The translations under genes and the position numbers were made by a program. The notes below the pieces were generated by a model. It searched no databases, was not told the origin of the DNA, and saw only the letters and a program-made list of their open reading frames with translations. DNA of 63,894 bases, the filler included, from Octopus bimaculoides (taxonomy: Eukaryota): assembly GCF_001194135.2 (NCBI RefSeq). It is 6 parts of 5 records of this genome, joined end to end, with 100 filler letters (N's around TTAATTAATTAA, not from the genome) between each part and the next. Parts side by side here need not be neighbours in the genome. Positions count along the whole stretch, not along the records: positions 1 to 18,984 come from NC_069007.1; positions 19,085 to 38,911 come from NC_068986.1; 4 more parts are not named here. One strand, given 5' to 3'. Of this stretch, positions 13,930 to 26,704 are shown piece by piece (position 1 is the stretch's first letter; every line of letters begins with the position of its first letter).

Positions 13930-14175
13930 ACTTAATTTCTAACCCAACACGAGCCAAACCTCCCACCAATGTACACTGACCATTGACTATTGCGTCTACT
14001 GCGAGTTTTTCCCACAATAGTAGCTTCTGTATAGCTTTCTGCTTATTCCTCCAGCAATGTCCTGCAAATCGTAACCATCTTTAAACAATGGTAGTTATTA
14101 TGTCTGGCAAATTTCTGTATAAGGCTTCCTTTGTAATACGTTCATGCCAGTTTCTGTTTTGCGCAACCCTAAGGT
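13930..14175 (-). mobile_element. RTE-clade LINE ORF C-terminal fragment
   Basis: Minus strand reads NWHERITKEALYRNLPDIITTIV*RWLRFAGHCWRNKQKAIQKLLLWE, matching the RTE W..HI.N.ELY...R..RLRFAGHC.R...LLLW motif. Confidence 0.75.
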
Positions 14176-15335
14176 GCTAGACGTTATAAAAATATTTAGA
14201 TGCAGCGTTGATGATTTTATGAGTCACAACGATATTCCAGTGATGTCGCGTTCTTAACAACGTGACTTTATTATCATTTCGCTGACCTTAGATGCTGACG
14301 CAGACGAGATCATGAGACATCAATGGATATTGTAAAGTTATTGCTTCGAAATAACTGCAAAGAAATATTCAGGAAATATGAGAGAAACAATCTCGAATAA
14401 AATATATTAAAACTCAAATTCTATTTTATAATACGTGTGCGTCAACATATGTCTGTGTGTAGGTATATATATATATATNNNNNNNNNNNNNNNNNNNNNN
14501 NNNNNNNNNNNNNNNNNNNNNNNNNNNNNNNNNNNNNNNNNNNNNNNNNNNNNNNNNNNNNNNNNNNNNNNNNNNNNNNNNNNNNNNNNNNNNNNNNNNN
14601 NNNNNNNNNNNNNNNNNNNNNNNNNNNNNNNNNNNNNNNNNNNNNNNNNNNNNNNNNNNNNNNNNNNNNNNNNNNNNNNNNNNNNNNNNNNNNNNNNNNN
14701 NNNNNNNNNNNNNNNNNNNNNNNNNNNNNNNNNNNNNNNNNNNNNNNNNNNNNNNNNNNNNNNNNNNNNNNNNNNNNNNNNNNNNNNNNNNNNNNNNNNN
14801 NNNNNNNNNNNNNNNNNNNNNNNNNNNNNNNNNNNNNNNNNNNNNNNNNNNNNNNNNNNNNNNNNNNNNNNNNNNNNNNNNNNNNNNNNNNNNNNNNNNN
14901 NNNNNNNNNNNNNNNNNNNNNNNNNNNNNNNNNNNNNNNNNNNNNNNNNNNNNNNNNNNNNNNNNNNNNNNNNNNNNNNNNNNNNNNNNNNNNNNNNNNN
15001 NNNNNNNNNNNNNNNNNNNNNNNNNNNNNNNNNNNNNNNNNNNNNNNNNNNNNNNNNNNNNNNNNNNNNNNNNNNNNNNNNNNNNNNNNNNNNNNNNNNN
15101 NNNNNNNNNNNNNNNNNNNNNNNNNNNNNNNNNNNNNNNNNNNNNNNNNNNNNNNNNNNNNNNNNNNNNNNNNNNNNNNNNNNNNNNNNNNNNNNNNNNN
15201 NNNNNNNNNNNNNNNNNNNNNNNNNNNNNNNNNNNNNNNNNNNNNNNNNNNNNNNNNNNNNNNNNNNNNNNNNNNNNNNNNNNNNNNNNNNNNNNNNNNN
15301 NNNNNNNNNNNNNNNNNNNNNNNNNNNNNNNNNNN

Positions 15336-15676
15336 CCGATCAACGAAACAGCCTGCTCGTGAAATTAACGTGCAAGTGGCTGAGCACTCCACAGACACGT
15401 GTACCCTTAACGTAGTTCTCGGGGATATTCAGTGTGACACAGAGTGTGACAAGGCTGACCCTTTGAATTACAGGCACAACAGAAACAGGAAGTAAGAGTG
15501 AGAGGAAGTTGTGGTAGAAGAGTACAGTAGGGTTCGCCACCATCCCCTGCCGGAGCCTCGTGGAGCTTTAGGTGTTTTCGCTCAATAAACACTCACAACG
15601 CCCGGTCTTCGAATCGAAACCGCCCTCCTATAACCGCGAGTCCGCTTCCTAACCACTGGGCCATTGCGCCTCCACA
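15336..15676 (-). mobile_element. SINE family C (tRNA head), 3' end lost in gap
   Basis: Near-identical reverse complement of 59737-60075. Confidence 0.93.
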
Positions 15677-16501
15677 CCCTTGATGATGACATATTCAACA
15701 AACCACATATTGGATAAGTGTATCCACGTTTAAAGATTTACCCTGAAAATGGTGCATTTATTATGCTATGGTATAATCTATGAATACATCAACAAAGTTC
15801 TACTAAAACAGCTGCCGTTCATTTTAAACTACGTTTGTATTATTTTCATATCTACACCACACCTAGAACGAACCCTGGGTCGAATCTACGGTTTGAATTA
15901 GATTTGGTTCTTACATATCTACATACCTGCTGTATGCTAACAACACATAATACCTCGTGAATAGTTTAGCTCATTGTGAACCTTATGTTATGGTACCAAG
16001 CCAGTTCAGGCGTCTTACATGTCGATATGCCTAGATTCTAATGAATCTTATAATCAAACTCTGTCTATATTATATGGTTCTCCTTCTCTCCTTCATCCCC
16101 TCACTGTCTCTCTCTCTCTCTCTCTCTCTGTTTCCATGTATGTGATTTTTCCTTTCTTTTATAATGAGATAAAGAGAGAAAGACAGAGTCAGGCAAAGGG
16201 GGAAGCAGAGAGAACTGACGAATGAAGAAGGGTGTGTGAAAAATCGATGAATAGAGAGTTAGATGGCGGAAAGAGGTACAGGCACAGAGAAAAATGTGCA
16301 GACACACATATACACGTACGTACACCCCTCACACTCTCACACCCGCTCAAATATGTATGTGTGTGTGTGAGTGTATTGTATATATATAGTAAATGTATTT
16401 ATAAACATCTACCTTCATACCAATCTACATATATACATTCATACATGTACAGATAGTCGTGTATGTGAATATACAACCAAGCATATACGCACAAACACGC
16501 A

Positions 16502-16540
<39 letters not shown>

Positions 16541-17675
16541 ACTTACAGATACACGCTCATACAGTCACCAGCACACACGCGCATATACACAAGCCAGATA
16601 GTGGAAAACCACTTTTGTTGCATGCATCAAAGTTTGCAGACCTCTGTATTACATAGAATTTCACAGACTACATCGCGTCCATATTTTCACAAATGCCGTG
16701 AATTTTGCCGAAGCTGTCTGTTCTACAATTCACCAAATTCCTATGCTAAACCATCTTAATTAGATCGTTAACAAAAGACGGTGATGTCGAGAACTGCCAA
16801 CTCTGTCTATGATTCTTTGCCTGTAAGCATNNNNNNNNNNNNNNNNNNNNNNNNNNNNNNNNNNNNNNNNNNNNNNNNNNNNNNNNNNNNNNNNNNNNNN
16901 NNNNNNNNNNNNNNNNNNNNNNNNNNNNNNNNNNNNNNNNNNNNNNNNNNNNNNNNNNNNNNNNNNNNNNNNNNNNNNNNNNNNNNNNNNNNNNNNNNNN
17001 NNNNNNNNNNNNNNNNNNNNNNNNNNNNNNNNNNNNNNNNNNNNNNNNNNNNNNNNNNNNNNNNNNNNNNNNNNNNNNNNNNNNNNNNNNNNNNNNNNNN
17101 NNNNNNNNNNNNNNNNNNNNNNNNNNNNNNNNNNNNNNNNNNNNNNNNNNNNNNNNNNNNNNNNNNNNNNNNNNNNNNNNNNNNNNNNNNNNNNNNNNNN
17201 NNNNNNNNNNNNNNNNNNNNNNNNNNNNNNNNNNNNNNNNNNNNNNNNNNNNNNNNNNNNNNNNNNNNNNNNNNNNNNNNNNNNNNNNNNNNNNNNNNNN
17301 NNNNNNNNNNNNNNNNNNNNNNNNNNNNNNNNNNNNNNNNNNNNNNNNNNNNNNNNNNNNNNNNNNNNNNNNNNNNNNNNNNNNNNNNNNNNNNNNNNNN
17401 NNNNNNNNNNNNNNNNNNNNNNNNNNNNNNNNNNNNNNNNNNNNNNNNNNNNNNNNNNNNNNNNNNNNNNNNNNNNNNNNNNNNNNNNNNNNNNNNNNNN
17501 NNNNNNNNNNNNNNNNNNNNNNNNNNNNNNNNNNNNNNNNNNNNNNNNNNNNNNNNNNNNNNNNNNNNNNNNNNNNNNNNNNNNNNNNNNNNNNNNNNNN
17601 NNNNNNNNNNNNNNNNNNNNNNNNNNNNNNNNNNNNNNNNNNNNNNNNNNNNNNNNNNNNNNNNNNNNNNNNNNN

Positions 17676-17720
<45 letters not shown>

Positions 17721-17930
17721 TATATGTAGACTATGTGTGTGTATCTGTGTTGGCGGATATATATATACATATATATGTGCGGTTATGAGTAGGAATGTCT
17801 GTCGCTATATTAGTATATATACGTTTTTATAGAGCTTTTATAGTTTTCTCTATGTGCATGTACATTTTTGTGTGCATGCATATATACGCTGACGTATGTA
17901 CATATGCAACTGTATGTATATATATATGCG

Positions 17931-17969
<39 letters not shown>

Positions 17970-18179
17970 ATGTATGTATGGACGTACATATATGTGTAGT
18001 TAGCTAGCTCTAATTTTTGTGTATGTACGCATAGTTTTATATATTACTTTCCTGATTGAAATTTCAGATTTTATTTACATAAGCCACCTGCTCGTCATGT
18101 AAATATCTGTGCATCTACGGATAGGCGTACGTACGCATCTATCTATATATCCGAATACAAAGACACTCATACACACACA

Positions 18180-18259
<80 letters not shown>

Positions 18260-19028
18260 TACAAACACAGACATATGTTATATATGTTTATTTGTTTGTG
18301 TATTTTTGGGGATAACGATGATCAATATCGTCTTTTTTTTGCAAGTCTTTCTCTTCCAACTTATCATCATCATCATCATCGTCGTCGTCATCATCATCAT
18401 CATCACCATCATCAACCTCCTCTTCACCATCATTACCATCATCGTCATCACCACATCGTCATCGTCGTCGTTGTGGCGGATACTCTATCAATTTCGGTGA
18501 TACGCACGCAACTTTGCAATAATCAACTGAATGTCTATCTGGCTGAGTATTCCGTGGTCACGTGTTCTCTTAAAGTAATTCGGATGCAGATTTAGCAGCG
18601 AGACACGTGTGTGATGGCTGGGTCTTTGAATTACGGGTGAAATTATCCCCACAAAAATAAAATATATTAAAATATTTTAAAACCAACTCTCGGATTAACT
18701 CCAATTTCTTGGGGTCGAACGGGGAGGCCACATCGTTGTGAAACGAATTTCTTACATACCCAACTATTCCTGCGTCTCTACAGATATTTGTATATGTAAG
18801 TGTTCGTGGATATGTCCCTATGTGTCTAGAAACGGGCGTGAGCGAGAGTCACTGAAGAGGTCACAGGGTGTGTGACAAAAGATATCCAGCAGAAGACACT
18901 AAAACAAGAACAAAAATAAGGCTGAAACGAAGAAAGAGTAGAGAGTGCGTATGGTTAACTGGCCAATATATATATATATATATANNNNNNNNNNNNNNNN
19001 NNNNNNNNNNNNNNNNNNNNNNNNNNNN

Positions 19029-19040
19029 TTAATTAATTAA
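19029..19040. other. Artificial scaffolding linker TTAATTAATTAA (also at 38956, 50059, 55560, 61788)
   Basis: Identical 12-mer centred in 100-bp gaps (44 N on each side); gives stops in all six frames. Confidence 0.93.
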
Positions 19041-19085
19041 NNNNNNNNNNNNNNNNNNNNNNNNNNNNNNNNNNNNNNNNNNNNA

Positions 19086-19745
19086 GCTTTTAAAATCAGG
19101 CACTGCGATAGGTGGAAAATCCACTTTAGCATTCCATAAAGAATTAGAGCGTATAAAAGCGAGGACGTTCATCAGGAGACAGCGGGCGTCGAAGACGACC
19201 AACAAGCCGTTCACTTTGTGAGAAATTTCGGCCTAGAGCCGAATAACTTTCAGGAATCCCTGGCCTGAAAGTGCAACTGGGAACCGGGAGTCGAACTTTA
19301 CAGGTACAGAAATGCCGTCAGTTAAGCATATCCAAGCGTGCCCAGGGCGACGAAATCGTCCTGCATCCATTCATTCTGCGCTCGAGCATTGCTGATCTGT
19401 GGGTTGATGTCCAAATACGTGCTGTCGTGTGTGGAATACATCCAATTAACAACTGTGCATTATCAACATTGTGAAGATCGCCCCGCAGCCATTGTTTTAA
19501 ACAAGGAAGGGTAGGCAGTTTTTATATGCCTGGTAACCATGGCGAAAGTAGCTGTATGGTCTATACGATTGAAGGGGAAGAAAACAAACGCTTTCCTCTT
19601 TGTTCAGAAATTCCTCAACTTCTTCAAATTACACTTGAAGAGGAAAACAAGTGTGGAGGGGGAAATGTTATCTTCCAGTCATTTCGTTGAAATGTGGATG
19701 AGAGTGGTGAGTATGGTCCAAATGAATGGGCCTGCCCTGTAAATC
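19086..19745 (+). mobile_element. L1/Tx1-like LINE ORF2 C-terminal fragment, degenerate
   Basis: Across frames: FQESLA*KC...LYRY, a decayed CCHC zinc knuckle (.R.AQGDEIVLHPF...ADLW), then MAKVAVWSIRLKG...FFKLHLKRK..VE....FVEMW. Confidence 0.6.
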
Positions 19746-19867
19746 CTGTAAGTCAAAGATAAAGAACTGAGAGAAGGGATTTGCCCAAGAAGTCAGGACA
19801 CCTGTGGTTTTATGGGTTTTTCCACGAGCAATCCTCGAACGTCTTCTCCCTCTTGAGGAACCCCCAT

Positions 19868-20079
19868 TTACTCTTTTACTCTTTTACTTGTTTCAGTCAT
19901 TTGACTGCGACCATGCTGCAGTACTACCTCTAGTCAAGCAAATCAACCCCAGGACTTATTCTTTGTAAGCCTAGTACTTATTCTATCGGTTTCTTTTGCC
20001 GAACCGCTAAGTTACGGGGACATAAACACACCAACATCGGTTGTTAAGCGATGTTGGGGGGACAAACACAGACACACAA

Positions 20080-20122
<43 letters not shown>

Positions 20123-20570
20123 CATATACATNNNNNNNNNNNNNNNNNNNNNNNNNNNNNNNNNNNNNNNNNNNNNNNNNNNNNNNNNNNNNNNNNNNNN
20201 NNNNNNNNNNNNNNNNNNNNNNNNNNNNNNNNNNNNNNNNNNNNNNNNNNNNNNNNNNNNNNNNNNNNNNNNNNNNNNNNNNNNNNNNNNNNNNNNNNNN
20301 NNNNNNNNNNNNNNNNNNNNNNNNNNNNNNNNNNNNNNNNNNNNNNNNNNNNNNNNNNNNNNNNNNNNNNNNNNNNNNNNNNNNNNNNNNNNNNNNNNNN
20401 NNNNNNNNNNNNNNNNNNNNNNNNNNNNNNNNNNNNNNNNNNNNNNNNNNNNNNNNNNNNNNNNNNNNNNNNNNNNNNAAGACACTTGCCCAAGGTTCCA
20501 CGCAGTGGGACTGAACCCGGAACCATGTGGTTGGTAAGCAAGCTACTTACCACACAGCCACTCCGCGCCT
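19868..20570 (-). mobile_element. SINE family A, full length; central microsatellite lies in an assembly gap
   Basis: Tail (TTACTCTTTT)n to GGACAAACACAG at 19868-20070; head GACACTTGCCCAAGG..CCACACAGCCACTCCGCGCCT at 20480-20570. Confidence 0.92.
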
Positions 20571-22493
20571 TTTACCTTGTTAATTGTTAAACCTTTTTAC
20601 ACACAAGACCCTCACACTAACATACACGCACACACAAAAACATTGTTTTGTCCTGTGCCGTCCTTAACTTTTTCTTAATGTAAGCCCTTTGTGGTAAATA
20701 ATGAATTCCTCCTCCTCCTCCTCATCATCATCATCCTCCTCCTCCTCCTCCTCCTCATCATCATCATCATTTTCACTGTTATTATTATCTTGGCTGTTCA
20801 AGGGTTGAGAAATACAGTGGGGCTCTTAGCTTAGAATGAAAATTATGAACATCTTAAAAGCAATTAATAGAAACGTTCGATAAATATGGTTAACAGAAAA
20901 ATCATCGAAATTATAAATATAGTGAGAGAATGCCCTACCAATTTCAAACTGAAACTTTCTTCTTTTAGTCAGCAAGAGCAGGCCTGAATACTTACCACAT
21001 AGTGAACTCCGCTAAAAGCACCAAAAGTGCCAAATGGGGGCTTTATATCAAGAGACGGGTTATATCTACCACTCAGTCGGCTATGGTAGGATTTGAACTC
21101 AGTCCATCTTTCTTACAGTTCTGTCAGTCGACTGCTTTGGAGTGAAACTTTTTTATTTACCCCAAAAGGACGAAAAGTAAAGTTTACCTTGTCGGGATTT
21201 GAACTCACAAATTTGTAGTTAATTTATCAAGTCGTTACTGAAATTGTTGTTATACCACTGCAGTTATATCAATTACAAAAGTTAGAAAAATTAACTTTTT
21301 TTTTTTTTAGTTCAACATCTATGTCGGTGTAATTTCATAGCTTCGTAGCTCTCGTGTACACAACACTATAGTCATTTGGTATTGCAATATTGATAATTAA
21401 TACGTTATTGTCATTTTTGTCATGGAGAATGATGTCAAGTTTATTATCTGCTATCTGTCAATCTGTCTGTAAGCTACCATTTCATAAAATTTTTACACTG
21501 TCATTTTCTGAGACAGATCGCGGTTGATGTGAGTACCAGAGAGCTTTTGCTTCAAGCAGTTTTCTTGGCCGCTAGGAATGGTGTATTGTTTCAGTAAATG
21601 CTCTTCAATACGACATACGTCAACTATATTGTAAGAGTTGTGGATATAATTTTAATATATCTAATGGAAATTATCTCTTCCTGCATTGCGAATATTGTTT
21701 CTTTTCCTGACTTGTACAAACCGAATAAATGCACATAGACAAGCGATAAGATTTTTTAAAATTTATATATCGGGCATCAAGTTCGTGAAAATATTGTCCA
21801 GGGGACGGCATAGCTTTTATGATCGTTCATCACTATTAATCGATGCGCCATAACTGTTTGAGGTCTGAGACAATTTTTTTTTTGAAAATTTTATTGCTTC
21901 AGGTATAATTGATTTCATGCCATTTTAAATCACAGTGAATAAAGAGACATACTATTTCTTGTAAAAGTATGCGGCAATATTAATGACCGTCTTCTTACAT
22001 TGCTCCCTGGCGTTCAACAATACCTTGCCACATTCTATTCGTCAAATCCCGAAGAGGTAAATTTTACCTTTCTTCCTTTCGGGATCGATAAATAAGTTCC
22101 ACTCTAAGGCAATCAACTGGCTAAACTGTAAGAAACTTGGACTAAGTTCAAATCCTACCATAGCCTATTCAGAGGTAGAAATCTGCAGTCGTTGGGTGAC
22201 GAACTTATTGTACAGTATGTGTTATTGTTACTCGTAGATTTATCGAATTACTGCTTAAGGAATTTGGTTCTGTCACATTCCAGTCCAATACTATAGATTA
22301 AATGTTATAACTGGCAATGCAAATGCGTTTTTTTTCTACTTATTTTTTTCTTATTTTATTTTATCTAGTTTTAGTTCACCAGCTGTGGCCATGGTGGGGC
22401 ACCGCCATTTGGTGTTGCTACATAATTTTACTTCACGAATGCTTTTCAGGAATTGGCATTATATGTTTTTTAATAATCTTTGACTCTAAATTG

Positions 22494-22935
22494 CCGAGCT
22501 GACAATCGCTAGCACGCTGGAAAACACGTTTAACGGTATTTCATACGTCTTTACGTTCTGAGTTCAGATACCACCGAGATCAACTTTGCCTTTCATCCTT
22601 TCGCGGTTGATAAGATAAATACCAACTGAGCACTGGGTCAATGTAATCGACTTACCCTCTCCACCGAAATTGCAGGCCTTGTGCCAAGATTTGAAGCCAA
22701 TATTCTTCGCCTTTAAAGCAGCGAGCAGGCAGATCGTTAGCACGCCAGACAAGGTGCCAACAGCATTTCTTCCGTTTTTTCATGTTCTGAGTTCAAATGC
22801 CACCGAGGTCAAGTTTGCATTTCATCCTTTCGGGCTCGATAAAATAAGTATCAATCGAGCATTGGTATTGATGTAATTGACGTACCCCTCTACCGAAATT
22901 TCTGACCATGCGCTAAAATTTGAACCCAATATTTT
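22494..22935 (+). mobile_element. Two tandem SINE family B copies (variant tail)
   Basis: Two units (about 22494-22705 and 22722-22935), each with ATCG.TAGCACG, TTCTGAGTTCA, TTTCATCCTT.CG core and ..TTTGAA.CCAATATT end. Confidence 0.85.
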
Positions 22936-23099
22936 ATTTGCACAATGCAAAGTTGTCTACTCCTTGTATTATCTCCCTTCCTCGGAGTTACAAATCATCC
23001 ATGACTTTGGACTATCTGCCTCGTTTTCCTGTCAGTTTCTTTTTTTTTTTTTCTACCTTTATCTAATTCTAAAGACATTTTTAATATATTTGCTGAGCT

Positions 23100-23320
23100 G
23101 AAGACGACGACTTAGCAAAATCACTGGAGCATAAAACAAAAGCTATGTCGTCTTTGCTCTCTACATTTTAAATTTGAATTCCCATAAGGTTACCTTCGCT
23201 TTTCACCAATTTGAAGTCGATAAAATACAATACAACCCAAGTATTGGCGATGATGATCTCGACTAGTTCATTCACCATAAAATTGCTGGCTTTCAGCCTA
23301 AATCAGAAACCAATATGTTT
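23100..23320 (+). mobile_element. SINE family B, highly diverged third copy
   Basis: Residual GTCGATAAAATA and AAATTGCTGGC...AAACCAATAT motifs. Confidence 0.5.
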
Positions 23321-23879
23321 GTTAAACTGCTCTTCAATATTGACGATGATTTATTATAAAGGACTGCTCTTAGGATAAAATTTCAAGTGATTCACGATGA
23401 GTAACTAGTAGATGAGCCGAGTGGTCTTTCTCATTATGTCGTGTTTCAAGAGCTATTTAAAAATTTTTACAAACCAATTTAAATGTAACAAGCGTACGAA
23501 CTCACACCCAAACGCACGCACGCACACACACACACACACACATACACACACACGCGCGCACACACACACACATACACACACACACCGTACATAATCATAA
23601 GTATAAAAACGGCAAATATTATTTCAAAGGATTACTCGATATCCTTCAATGGGATGACAAATATACTGCATATTTCTGTTATAAGACATTCATGAAACAC
23701 TTTGATAAAGGTTACATAGATAACTATTAACGTTTTCCTTGTAAGAAGTAAATACCTAATTTTTCTCTCCAACAACACACACACACACACACACACACAC
23801 ACANNNNNNNNNNGGGTCAATGCGGTTTTATCAATTGCATGAAGTGAAAGTCGGAGGTGGGGGGGGCAGGAAAAACTAC

Positions 23880-24090
23880 CTGCATCAACTTGTTATAAAA
23901 GATGGTAGTAATTTTCCCTTTTTTCCTAATTCTTAGTGCAAGTTTTGAAGGGTGCAGTTCGATTTTAAGAGTTATTTTTTCAAAGCTATAATGGAAGTGA
24001 CAAAAGAGCATATTCAGCATATTTTGCCTTATGAGTTCAATAAAGGCAACAGCGCAACGGAAAGTGCGAGGAATTGTTAGCATGCTGGGA
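23880..24090 (+). mobile_element. Mariner 5' UTR plus transposase N-terminus fragment
   Basis: ATG 23991: MEVTKEHIQHILPYEFNKGNSATESARN, a typical mariner first HTH. Truncated where the pogo element begins. Confidence 0.75.
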
Positions 24091-24095
24091 AAATA

Positions 24096-26390
24096 CCGTA
24101 AATTCCGGCTACTTTTTCCTACAATAAGTCTCGAAAATCTATCTGGAGGCCGGAGTTTGCATTTTTCATAGGCATATCCTAACCCCAGAGGAAAATTATC
24201 TATGCCAGACAGTAATCTGAACACCTGTATATGACCGCTCACTGAAATGTATAAATTATACTTTGTTAAGATAGTAAATATACAAAAGCATCATACATTT
24301 TTTTTAAATATACGCAATCTCAAAAATTCATTCTCGTATGAGCCGTGTATGTTAGTCGAGGCAACTGACGAGTGATATTTTACATGTATATCTATATTGC
24401 CAGTATTATCACTCTCTTCAATCAACCTGACTTTTAGGGATCATTATTAAGTGACGAAAGAAGTAAAACTGAAGTATATTAAAAGGGTTTACAAGCAAAT
24501 ATTAATAACAATACTATCGTAATCACATACAATCTGTGAGGAAACGTGTTGTGTTCAAACAGCAACATAGGCTTCCTCCTTGATCTCTGAGACCCGTGGT
24601 CTTAACCAGTTCAAACTTGGACCTGCTGACGTTAGGAGTGATCCGCAACTTCAGAAGATTTTGCTTAAAATACTTAGCACACCCGTTACTATGGCAAACT
24701 CAAGCAGAAGATACTCTTACACGATCGGCTACAAGCTACAAGTGATAGAATATGCCAAACAGCATGGTAACAGGGCTGCAGACAGGCATTTTGGAGCACC
24801 GCCAACTGAGAAAATGATCCGCTACTGGAAGAAACAAGACCTGTTGAAGCCTGCATCAAGACTTAAACATAACTTTCTTCACACTGCAGCTCAGTGGCCA
24901 AAATTGGAACAAGAGATGAAGGAGTGAATAGTTGCGTAGAGAAATTCGGGTCTCGCAGTATCAATAAAATGATTATGAATGAATCAAAAGTGAGGCAGCA
25001 GCACGAAGTCTGGATGATTTTCGTGGCACATCAAGATAGTGTTACACATTCATGAATTAGCATGGACTAGCAATGAGAATCAAAATAAGAATAGCACAAA
25101 CAATGCCTGAAGATTATGACAACAAATTAATCAGTGCAAGAAAATCGACTGACTTCGAACTGGGTCAGATCGGAAACATGAATGAGGTGTCACTAATGTT
25201 TAATGTGGTATCAAATAGAATAGTGGATGTTAAAGGGTTTCAAAACCGTAAGTGTAAAGACATCTGGACATGAGAAAACCCATTACATTGCGGTATTGTT
25301 GTGTTGTGCTGATGGAACAAAATTGCCGCTACTGTTTATTTTCAAGAGGAAAACTTTACTAAAAGACAAAATTCCAAGTGGAATTTTTGTTCACGTTCAT
25401 CCAAGGTGTTGGATAGATGAAGAGGGAGTGAATTTATGGTTACATAAGTTCTGGTCAAGGCGTTCCAGTGGCCTCCTTAAAAAATCATCCCTTCTTGTAT
25501 GGGACCAGTTTCGTGTCCACAAAACAAAGGGTATTAAAGAAAGGGTACAGAAATTGGAAGCGAAAATGGCAGTGATCTCTAATGGTTTAACAAGCCAATT
25601 ACAACCAATGGACGTATCAATCAACAAGTCTTTTAAGGCATTTATGAAAGAGTGGAATCAGTGGATGAGAGCCAAGGACCATGAACTAACACCAACAGGT
25701 CATTTGAAAAGGTGTGCGAGTGGGTCCTGAAATCATGGAATGCCGTGAAAATTGAAGTAGTAGTAAAATATTTTCAAAAATGTGACATCAGTAATGCATT
25801 AGATGGCACAGAAGATGGACATTCGGTTTGAAGATAGTGCCACTTCAGACAGTATTGACGACCCTGATGATTTTTCTGCTTTTAGGGCTATGGATGACTG
25901 CAGTCAGTTTTCAGGATTTGAAGAGTGAAATATTTTCCTTATTCTCGTACGTTTAATATTTGCACACTTTTTGATATTTTTCAGTTGTATTTTAATTGTA
26001 ACGTTTGTTTTGTCATGTCCGTGTGAAAGTTTTACAAATGGTAATAACGTGAAATATTTTCAAGATTTGAAGAGTGAAATATGTTTTCTTATTTGTAATA
26101 ATTCAATTGTGCAGATTTTAATCTCTGTTCTGTTTTTATTGCGTACTATTTGGGATGTCATGTTTGTGCAGTACTTCTATAAATGGTAGCAATAAAATGT
26201 TATTCTGTATTTCTCACAATAATATTCCTATTGTAGAGTTTAGTTTTTCGTTTGTCTGGGACAAAGTACTGTATATGCCTACATTCAATACTACCAAAAT
26301 CTTGAAATACTGCACCAGCTGTGGCCCCGTCCACTTGCATGAACCGAGACACTATTGGCCAGGAACCTTACTGGCGAAATACATGAGGCA
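24096..26390 (+). mobile_element. Pogo-superfamily DNA transposon, decayed; right boundary uncertain
   Basis: TA|CCGTAAATTCCGG..CTACTTTTT at 24094 resembles a pogo/Tigger-type TIR start. Internal transposase remnant below. No clean 3' TIR seen. Confidence 0.6.
24691..25928 (+). pseudogene. Pogo transposase pseudogene, POGK-like (Brinker-type DBD, CENP-B HTH, DDE_1, acidic tail)
   Basis: MANSSRRYSYTIGYKLQVIEYAKQHGNRAADRHFG..EKMIRYWKKQ; SGHEKTHY.AVL.CCADGTKLP; LLVWDQFRVH; GLTSQLQPMDVSINKSFK; ISNALDGTED...SGFEE*. Several stops and frameshifts. Confidence 0.9.
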
Positions 26391-26442
26391 AAAAATCACT
26401 GCATGACCGAGCAGTGAATAGTCGAACTGGAATATCGTAATG

Positions 26443-26704
26443 CAGGAGTGGATCCAGGAATTTCTTGGGGGGGGGGGGGTTCTGAGGTCTCATTCATTAC
26501 AATTCATGAATGAAATGACTGCAACATGTTCAGAGGTACATAAAAACTTAATTTCTAGATTGAACCCTTTAAGGGTTGTTTCTTGCTGGTACAAAAATAT
26601 CTTTTCCATCAGACATATTTAAACAAAACAGTCAAATTTGAAAAGTTACTTGGTTGGTGGGGGTTGCATTCCCCTTGTGTCCACTCCATCTGAATCCATC
26701 TCTG
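26443..26704. mobile_element. Possible hAT-like MITE
   Basis: Ends CAGGAGTGGATCCAG and (rc) CAGAGATGGATTCAG match 11/15. Flanking 8-mers TCGTAATG and TCGTAGTA look like a decayed 8-bp TSD. Confidence 0.4.

Noticed and set aside
19029-19040. TTAATTAATTAA palindrome recurring five times as a biological motif
   Set aside because: Always centred in exactly 100-bp N gaps; a scaffolding linker.
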